Source: Promethearchaeota archaeon (lineage in GTDB: Archaea > Asgardarchaeota > Lokiarchaeia > Sigyniarchaeales > SOKP01). Taken from it: 14,206 nucleotides of DNA. Positions 1-7,215 of this stretch are shown here, piece after piece; position 1 is the first letter of the stretch, and the number at the start of each line of letters is the position of its first letter. The notes below the pieces were generated by a model. The model had not been told where the DNA came from. It did not search any database and saw only the letters and a list, made by a program, of their open reading frames with translations. Both the position numbers and the translations under genes were made by a program. The stretch covers positions 1 to 14,206 of the forward strand of contig SHMW01000096.1 in the NCBI GenBank assembly GCA_008080735.1. The letters run 5' to 3'.

Positions 1-908
1 ATAAGATCTTTTATTTCTTCTAAGGAATGGATGGAGTTAAGTGTAATTAGTATTCTCAAACCTCGAATAGTTAAAAGACCCATTATCTTTTTTAATACCT
101 TTTTAGCAGCTATGCTATCGGGCGAGTCTTCTGCTCCATAAAGCCAACTGGAATCGAAAACCGTTTCATTCTCCTCCTCTGATTTTAAAAAAGACATGAT
201 TCTTTCAAAATCATCTATAAATATGATTGTACCCAATTTAGAATTTTCAATGAGTATCTTCAACATTGTAAAAGCATTCTCTTTCTTTCTTAAATCATTC
301 TCAACATTAAGCATTTTCAGCTCTCTAATATTCATCAGCTCACCGAGAATATAATTCTCCGCTTCAAGACGCTTATATGGATCTAATTGGTGGGCAGTTA
401 TGACATTAATGGAATCTTCGAGGGCAGAATTATCTTGATAAGTATACTTCCATTCATTGAAAGCATTATTTCTTGCTTTTTTGATATCCACTATCGGAAA
501 AAATCCATATCTTTTTTTATATGCTCCCCATTTATGGCATAATTTATTTGTAATTTTTCTTAGAGAAATAACGCCCAATTCGTCAATAAATTCAGAATAT
601 AAATTATAATAAAATTTTTTGTAAATATTATCCAAGGAAATATGGATTACGTTGAAATTTTTTTTCAATTTTCTTCTTAAAGTCCAGAATACATGAGTTT
701 TACCTATTCCAACATCTCCGATTAGTGGTAAAATACAATTTTCATTAAGTTTAATAACTTGATCGATATTATTAAGGAGTTCGACTCTTGAATCAACAAC
801 ACCCAGCGGTTCATTTATCTCTCCCGTAGCCACAAATCTTCTGAAAGGGTTTATTCCACTCTTTAAGATTCTTAAAAGCTTTTGCTCTTTATTTTCCCAT
901 AATAACAT
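1..908 (-). CDS. P-loop ATPase (STAND/BrxD-DUF2791-like), 3' end truncated by the window edge; not in the ORF track
   Basis: Manual translation from ATG at 908 is open for 302 codons to the edge: MLLWENKEQKLLRILKSGINPFRRF... It has Walker A ILPLIGDVGIGKT (G64-T71, nt ~719-696) and Walker B TIIFIDDFE (aa 227-235), with ~155 aa of helical-looking sequence between them. SD-like GGGGGT at 921-916. Confidence 0.88.
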   Translation of the reverse strand, partial: MLLWENKEQKLLRILKSGINPFRRFVATGEINEPLGVVDSRVELLNNIDQVIKLNENCILPLIGDVGIGKTHVFWTLRRKLKKNFNVIHISLDNIYKKFYYNLYSEFIDELGVISLRKITNKLCHKWGAYKKRYGFFPIVDIKKARNNAFNEWKYTYQDNSALEDSINVITAHQLDPYKRLEAENYILGELMNIRELKMLNVENDLRKKENAFTMLKILIENSKLGTIIFIDDFERIMSFLKSEEENETVFDSSWLYGAEDSPDSIAAKKVLKKIMGLLTIRGLRILITLNSIHSLEEIKDL

Positions 909-925
909 CAAAATTACCCCCTTTC

Positions 926-1552
926 TCAGTCCTTTATTGCTTCAATCCCTAAAATAATAATATAATCGATTAATTCATCATCCACGTTTACTATGGATTC
1001 ATAACTTACAGAAAGATCATTCTCTTCATTTCTTCCAATAATTAGAGCCCCGTAGAATATTGGGTCTCCTTGTTGGTCAATAACAACTCGATCAGCAAGA
1101 CAAATACCATTCCGAATTAATGCGACAGGATTTTTTAAAATTTCTCCTTTAAAAAAATTTAGATGGTTAATTTTAAAATTATTTTCGGACAAATATAATC
1201 CTGCGGAATGCAATAAATTTATAGCATAAGGAAATGTTTCTGAAAAGCGCTCTTGGTCAAATTGTTCAATTTCTTCTTCGGGTACTAATACAGAATAATC
1301 AATTTCTCCTTTTTTTATATCATATTCGTAGCGCGCACTCTTTGAAAAAGCCTCTTTTTTCTGTTCAGAAATCGATTCGAATCCTATCTTCAGCCCTTTT
1401 GGAATTTCTATAATATTTTCATTTGAATACAGTTTATCGGAGAATATGATTGTGTCATTTTTACATTTTGTGATACAAGAACCTTTAAATTCTCCTAATT
1501 CTCTGAAATTTTTTATTGAATCGTATATAATATAACGTTCTCTTAAGGTCAT
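926..1552 (-). CDS. Hypothetical protein (208 aa), probably co-transcribed with the ATPase
   Basis: 208-aa ORF in AT-rich DNA with a normal protein composition. Its stop lies 17 nt before the ATPase ATG. No recognisable motif. Confidence 0.75.
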   Translation of the reverse strand: MTLRERYIIYDSIKNFRELGEFKGSCITKCKNDTIIFSDKLYSNENIIEIPKGLKIGFESISEQKKEAFSKSARYEYDIKKGEIDYSVLVPEEEIEQFDQERFSETFPYAINLLHSAGLYLSENNFKINHLNFFKGEILKNPVALIRNGICLADRVVIDQQGDPIFYGALIIGRNEENDLSVSYESIVNVDDELIDYIIILGIEAIKD

Positions 1553-1750
1553 AACAGTTTGGTTCCCATTCTTTATTAGAGTTGATTGATTAAAATAATA
1601 ACAAAATCCAACTTGAGCATCAATAATCTGAGTATTATATTTAAATATAGTTCATTATTAAATAAAAGTTTAGAAAGTCCAGAAATAATAGTATGCCTCA
1701 ATAAATTCTAATGTCATACCATAATACTAAAATTTTTATCAATTTAGGAT

Positions 1751-2926
1751 TTGATTATAATGATGACGATAAGGTTATATTGGGATGAGCCCTATAAGAG
1801 GGAATTTAACGCAAGGATTGATGAGATTGTGAGGGATGGAATTATTTTGAGTAGAACCGTTTTTCATCCCGAAGGCGGAAACCAAGCGGGTGATAAAGGA
1901 ATTTTAGAAAAAGATAATCAAATTTTTAAAGTAGATAATACATCCTCTCTGAATGGTAATATCATTCATCATATCTCATCAGATTTACAAGGAAGGCTTA
2001 AAATTGGAGACAAAATAAAAGGGAAAATTGATTGGGATCATAGATATGGACTCATGAAGTCGCATTCCTCTCAACATCTATTGTCCGCAATATTAAAAAG
2101 AGAATTTGATATAAACACTAACAAGGTAAAAATTCGAGATGATTTTGTGGTATTAAATTTGTCTCAAAAAATAACCGATTCACAGCTATTAAAGGTTCTA
2201 TTAACTGCTAATGAATTCTTTATCCAAAAAAAATTAAGGATTTTTCAAAAATTGGTACCTTTTGAAGAGGCTCAAAATTATAAACCACAACTCAGAGGAA
2301 CAATTCCGAACAAAAAAAAAGTGCGGTTAGTTTTCACTGAGGATTATGACATAACCTGTTGTGGAGGTACTCATGTAAAATATTCCAATGAGATAGGACC
2401 CATATTAGTCTTTGAGTTTAAAAAAGGAAAGAAACTCAAATATTATACAGGCAAAAAAGCTATAGAATACATAGCAAAATATAATATAGATTTTCTAAAC
2501 ATCTCTGAAAAATTCCAGATCCCTCTAAGTGAAGTTAATGAACGTATCAATTGCCAAATTGAAAATTCAGAAAAATTAGTTGAAAATAATATATCCTTGA
2601 AAAAAGAACTTTTAGAATTAGTAGTAAGCAATCCATCTTTGATAAAAAATAATATAAAAATATCATATGTATCATTTCCAATAGAATTTGATATATTAAA
2701 CGAATTCTTTGATAGTTTAGCTGATAAAATATTGTTAATTTTAAAATTAGAAAATCAAGTCCTAAAAATAGTTACGAATTATGAGAATGTTAGCGCAGCA
2801 GAGATTTTGGATAAATTATTAAATAAATTTGGGGGAAAAGGAGGTGGAAGCTCATTTATTGCTCAAGGCAAAATTGAAAAATTTCCCGATGATATTCTAA
2901 ATATAATAGGACAAATGCTCCATTAA
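1751..2926 (+). CDS. alaX: AlaX-L type alanyl-tRNA editing protein (trans-editing deacylase with C-terminal C-Ala/DHHA1-like domain)
   Basis: N-terminal LYWDEPY..EF.A and TVFHPEGGNQAGDKG; Zn-binding HSSQH (HxxxH) and CGGTH (CxxxH); C-terminal GGKGGGSSFIAQG. No aminoacylation domain. The real start may be ATG 1760 or 1763 rather than TTG 1751. Confidence 0.92.
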   Translation: MIIMMTIRLYWDEPYKREFNARIDEIVRDGIILSRTVFHPEGGNQAGDKGILEKDNQIFKVDNTSSLNGNIIHHISSDLQGRLKIGDKIKGKIDWDHRYGLMKSHSSQHLLSAILKREFDINTNKVKIRDDFVVLNLSQKITDSQLLKVLLTANEFFIQKKLRIFQKLVPFEEAQNYKPQLRGTIPNKKKVRLVFTEDYDITCCGGTHVKYSNEIGPILVFEFKKGKKLKYYTGKKAIEYIAKYNIDFLNISEKFQIPLSEVNERINCQIENSEKLVENNISLKKELLELVVSNPSLIKNNIKISYVSFPIEFDILNEFFDSLADKILLILKLENQVLKIVTNYENVSAAEILDKLLNKFGGKGGGSSFIAQGKIEKFPDDILNIIGQMLH

Positions 2927-3025
2927 AGTCATTTTAGGTTTCTTTTCATGATTTATTGTTTTAAGCGTAAAAAAATATAAATGCAGATTTGATATTAATA
3001 ATATAAATCTACTGTTGGATATTCG

Positions 3026-4270
3026 ATGGAACCCAAAATTGTAAATAGAGAAGTCTCAGATCTGTCAAGAAAAGAATTACTTGCACGGAGTTCTGAGTTT
3101 ATTTTCTCTACGGGATTAAACGATGGTACCTCAAGTCTGTGTAAAGAAAATATGAAATATGGTCTAGCGCAAATGCACTTAATCCTAGAGAAGTATGGAT
3201 TCGAACCTAATGCTCTGTTTATATCTTCTCCAGATGAGACTATTTCTAGGAATAGATATCGATGGAATTCAGGTTATGGATATGGAGGTAAATTAGAATG
3301 GGGTGCTGGTGATGATAAAATTGTTTTCCTTAATACAAAACCGAATCATTGTGGTATCTTAGTCCTTGGACTTTGGGAGATGATGGATCCTTATGAAATC
3401 ATCAAGAAAATAGACGAAATAAAATCTAAAGAATTATATTTCGATGGTATTCGGTTAAATTGGGATTATGGCATAAGTAATCATTTCATAAGTTGTTTTA
3501 AAACCAATAATTTAACAGATATGGAATATCCGCCCTATATTTTCTTAATTCATGGCTCCGCTCCGGAATTGCGAGATGATACCTATGGTATAGGCGTATA
3601 TATTGATAAATCTGAAAATCTTAAAAATATGTCAATTAAGGAAGAAACCAAATTCGGAACTCAATATATTGTATTAGATTCAGATGCAGATGAATATATG
3701 GAAATAAATAAAAGAGCCTTAGAATTTTCTTGTAAAAAACGTGAAATAATTGCTCAACACCTATTTGAAAATGAATTTACAATTATTTGTAATCAACCTC
3801 ATCAATTTCTTAAAGATTACAATAGCATCTACTTAGGGAGTAACTGCACGGATATAGAATGTGATTTAATTAATTCGAGTACCTTTCCTATTGCGTTACG
3901 TTCTGATATTTCAGCATATTTGATGGAGGGTACAAATAACTTGACTAAACAGACTATGATGAATTTAGGCTTTTATGAAAGAGCGAAAAAATTGGAGGTG
4001 AATGATAGATTAGAAAATGCCAATATTACCCCACATGGAGCGGGCTATGCTTTTCCAGATATTAAAGATGTAATTAATGTGCTAGAATATAAGGACCAAC
4101 GATATTTTGTTTGTCGTTTGAAAAAAGGAAAAAATAGACTGAAAATTGTGAGAGTAGTATCCGATTTACAATATGAATATCGAAAACGTGAGGTAGTACT
4201 TAAAGCAGTTCAATTAAACTTGGGAAGATTAACGGCTCGTCTTACTCCAGTGTTTAGTTTAAAATTATAA
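3026..4270 (+). CDS. Highly diverged RtcB-family (3'-phosphate/5'-OH RNA ligase-like) protein
   Basis: RtcB-like motifs appear in the canonical order: PD70, GYGYGG, NHC109G, GISNH153F, LIH176GS, EY..I..RA.EF...KR.II helix, H259, PIALRSDISAYLMEG, TPH337GAG, EYRK.EVV and C-terminal ARLTPVFSLK413. Confidence 0.75.
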   Translation: MEPKIVNREVSDLSRKELLARSSEFIFSTGLNDGTSSLCKENMKYGLAQMHLILEKYGFEPNALFISSPDETISRNRYRWNSGYGYGGKLEWGAGDDKIVFLNTKPNHCGILVLGLWEMMDPYEIIKKIDEIKSKELYFDGIRLNWDYGISNHFISCFKTNNLTDMEYPPYIFLIHGSAPELRDDTYGIGVYIDKSENLKNMSIKEETKFGTQYIVLDSDADEYMEINKRALEFSCKKREIIAQHLFENEFTIICNQPHQFLKDYNSIYLGSNCTDIECDLINSSTFPIALRSDISAYLMEGTNNLTKQTMMNLGFYERAKKLEVNDRLENANITPHGAGYAFPDIKDVINVLEYKDQRYFVCRLKKGKNRLKIVRVVSDLQYEYRKREVVLKAVQLNLGRLTARLTPVFSLKL

Positions 4271-4321
4271 TCCATCAATAAAAATGGTTAAAATTAAAAA
4301 TTCAAAAAATTAGAATATTAT

Positions 4322-6373
4322 TTATTCTATTTTGGCTCCCGATTCAACATCCTTATCGGGTGTTAGAACAGAAACTTGATCTCCTTCTACAGCAGCTAAT
4401 AACATACCTTCACTTAGAACTCCCCTTAGCTTTTTTGGTTCGAGGTTTATCAAAACCGCTATCTTCTTTCCAATTAATTCTTCCGGTTTATAGTACTTTG
4501 CTAGTCCAGCAGCTAATGTTCGTAATTCATCACCCACGGATATCGTTAATTTGTATAGTTTATCTGCATTAGCTACCTCTTCAACTTTTTCTATATTTGC
4601 GACTCGAATATCTAATTTTTTAAAATCGTCATAAGAAATATAATCCATTTTTTTTCCTTCCTTTTTTTGTTTTTTGATATTTACCAGATTTTTTTTAATG
4701 TCCTCAATATCTAACTTTTGGAAAAGCGGTTGGGCCTTCTTAATTGATTGCCCAGTTTCTAATGCATTTTCTTTAATACTTTCCCATCCAAGATCATTAA
4801 GATTTTGTTCAATATTCAACAATTCAAGAATCTTTTCAGAAGTCTCGGGAATAAATGGACTGAGTAGAATCGCTAAGGCGTATACAAATTGCGCACATAA
4901 ATGAAACACATGACCTGCTGCTTTTTTATTCTTCTTAATAATATGCCAAGGTGCTTTTTCGTTTAGGTAAATGTTGCCTTCCCGTGCAAATTCAACAATT
5001 TCTCGAATAGCTTTTCTCATCTCAAAATTATCTAAAAAATGTCCTATTTTGTTTGATATTGAGTTGATTTTTGAAATAAAATTTATATCTGTCTCATCTA
5101 AATCTATCTTTTCAGGAATTTTACTCTTAAATTGTTTGTTAATAAAGGTTAGTGTTCTGTGAATAAAATTTCCAATCACATCGTTTAAGGTATTCATATT
5201 ATTTTCAAATTCCGACCATAAAAACGATGTATCACTTTTTTCTGGTCTATTATAGACTAAATTAAACCTCCAATAATCCAGTGGGGCGATTTCAAGAGCC
5301 TCATCAATCCAAATTCCCACACCACGAGATTTAGAAAATTTATCATTTTCATACATTAAGAATTCGGTTGAGGACACGTTATATGGAAGCACGAATTTTT
5401 CATCTTCCTTTTTATTATCATTATATGCCATAAGCAGACCCGGGAAAACAATAAGATGGAAGATAATATTGTCTTTTCCAATGAAATATACAGTTTTCGT
5501 TTCTTGATCTTTCCAATAATAATCGAATTTGGAAGATTCCTTTACTATCCTCTCTGACCACTCTTTTACAGCGGAAATGTACCCGAGAACTGCTTCAAAC
5601 CACACATATATAGACTTATTTTCCGCTCCTTTAAAGGGAGCTGGAATCCCCCATTCTAAATCTCTGGTTATTGCTCGCTCGGGCAATCCCTCATTAATAC
5701 TATTTAAACATACTTGTCGCGCGTTCTGGGGGATTATTTCATTATTTTGTATTATCTCTGCCAATCTTTTTTGTAATTGAGGAAAATCCATATACCAGTG
5801 TTTTGTTTTTTTTATTTCTGGTGTCTCTCCACATATAGCACAACGAGGTTCTTTTAATTCAAGTGGAGTCAAGAGTTTTTGACATTTATCACATTGATCT
5901 CCACGGGCATTTTCAAAACCACAATGAGGACATATTCCTTCTACGAATCGATCTGGTAAAAATAATGCATCATGACTACAATAAAGAGATTTTATTTCTT
6001 TTTCAAAAATATATCCGTTTTTTTGAACCTCTGAATAAAAATTTTGAGAAAACTCGATATGAACTGGATTGTGAGTTTGCGTGTAGTTATCATAGGAAAT
6101 TCTCCATTTTTCAAACAAATTTTTAATAATGGCATGATTTTTCATTGCTAAATCTTCCGCATCCATCCCTTCTCTCTTCGCTGCTACTGCTACCGGGGTT
6201 CCATGCATATCAGATCCTGATACAAACACCACCTCCTCTCCTTTTAATCTAAGATAACGAGCAAATATGTCAGCGGACAAAACACTCCCGATTAAGTTCC
6301 CTAAATGAGGAATGGCATTCACATAAGGCCAAGCTGAAGTGACAACCCATTTTCCTTTTTTTGACTTTGACAA
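4322..6373 (-). CDS. metG: Methionine--tRNA ligase with C-terminal Trbp111-like tRNA-binding domain
   Basis: TSAWPYVNAIPHLGN (HIGH), GSDMHG, Zn knuckles CPHC/CDKC/CAIC, YVWFEA, FIGKDNIIFH and KFSKS (KMSKS). C-terminal DDFKKLDIRV...LRGVLSEGMLLAA. TTG start preceded by GGAGGT. Confidence 0.98.
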   Translation of the reverse strand: MSKSKKGKWVVTSAWPYVNAIPHLGNLIGSVLSADIFARYLRLKGEEVVFVSGSDMHGTPVAVAAKREGMDAEDLAMKNHAIIKNLFEKWRISYDNYTQTHNPVHIEFSQNFYSEVQKNGYIFEKEIKSLYCSHDALFLPDRFVEGICPHCGFENARGDQCDKCQKLLTPLELKEPRCAICGETPEIKKTKHWYMDFPQLQKRLAEIIQNNEIIPQNARQVCLNSINEGLPERAITRDLEWGIPAPFKGAENKSIYVWFEAVLGYISAVKEWSERIVKESSKFDYYWKDQETKTVYFIGKDNIIFHLIVFPGLLMAYNDNKKEDEKFVLPYNVSSTEFLMYENDKFSKSRGVGIWIDEALEIAPLDYWRFNLVYNRPEKSDTSFLWSEFENNMNTLNDVIGNFIHRTLTFINKQFKSKIPEKIDLDETDINFISKINSISNKIGHFLDNFEMRKAIREIVEFAREGNIYLNEKAPWHIIKKNKKAAGHVFHLCAQFVYALAILLSPFIPETSEKILELLNIEQNLNDLGWESIKENALETGQSIKKAQPLFQKLDIEDIKKNLVNIKKQKKEGKKMDYISYDDFKKLDIRVANIEKVEEVANADKLYKLTISVGDELRTLAAGLAKYYKPEELIGKKIAVLINLEPKKLRGVLSEGMLLAAVEGDQVSVLTPDKDVESGAKIE

Positions 6374-6382
6374 TGTGAATAT

Positions 6383-6388
6383 ACCTCC
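6383..6388 (-). promoter_or_regulatory. Shine-Dalgarno site of metG
   Basis: GGAGGT on the minus strand, 9 nt upstream of the TTG at 6373. Confidence 0.7.
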
Positions 6389-6560
6389 GTTTATTACTTA
6401 AAATTCAATGATATAAGTATATAGAATAAGCTCCAATAAAATAAAGATTTATGGTAAATATTTTATAGGATATATGTTAATCCAATCAAATCTAAGAGAA
6501 ATTAGAGAATGGAATTAAAATTTATCTTTTTATTATAATTTTTTCTTAGATAGCTAAAAT

Positions 6561-7139
6561 TCAAAATATTTCAATGAATTTCACTGTTTTTCCATCATAT
6601 TTGACTGCAATGCCGCCAAATAATAAAAATTGGCGATAAAACCATTTTAATTTAGGATATCCGTTTCTGGATATTTCTAAGGTCTTTTCATCAAAAATTT
6701 CTGAAAGATAAATTTTATCTATAGTTAATGTAGAAAGTTTTTTTTCTTTCATTAATGATTTAATCTTTTGGTAGCCCGCTTTAAATTCTTGTGTTAAATT
6801 CTCAGATTTTTCCAGAAAGAGGAAATTCAAGGCTAATTCTTGTGAAGAAGAAATGGCTAAAATAACGCTTGGACCCAATTGTTTCAAAATTAACCATCCT
6901 TTAGCATAATGAATATTTACTTGATCGAAAAAACCCATATTCATCTCTTGAATTAAATTTTTGGAAAGAAATTGTATCACCGTTATAATCGCCGCGACTT
7001 TTACTATATCGGTATCAAGTTTAGAAGTAGAAGCAATTGGCATTCCTTCATTATTAACAATGAAGGCTGAATTCACTTCAGAATATTTCTCTAAAACAAT
7101 TTCTAAAAATTTATTGAGATTTCCTACAAAGGATTTCAT
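6561..7139 (-). CDS. Roadblock/LC7 (MglB-like) domain protein with a ~75-aa C-terminal extension
   Basis: EVNSAFIVNNEGMPIAS..., VAAIITVIQFLSKNLIQEMNMGFFDQVNIHYAKGWLILKQLGPSVILAI match the Roadblock pattern. SD-like GAGG upstream. Confidence 0.88.
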   Translation of the reverse strand: MKSFVGNLNKFLEIVLEKYSEVNSAFIVNNEGMPIASTSKLDTDIVKVAAIITVIQFLSKNLIQEMNMGFFDQVNIHYAKGWLILKQLGPSVILAISSSQELALNFLFLEKSENLTQEFKAGYQKIKSLMKEKKLSTLTIDKIYLSEIFDEKTLEISRNGYPKLKWFYRQFLLFGGIAVKYDGKTVKFIEIF

Positions 7140-7215
7140 ATAAATTGCCTCGAATTTTGAAATTTACTTCTCAAAAAAATTTATGATTAATTTTGTTTTT
7201 TTGAGTATAAATAAT

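Noticed and set aside
926-1010. LURP-one/scramblase-like C-terminus (YESIVNVDDELIDYIIILGI) of the 208-aa protein
   Set aside because: The resemblance is limited to one terminal helix and cannot be supported without a profile search.
2443-2631. 62-aa minus-strand ORF
   Set aside because: Antisense shadow inside alaX with no motifs.
4360-6126. Five short plus-strand ORFs (63-87 aa)
   Set aside because: All are antisense to the well-supported metG and have shadow-like composition.
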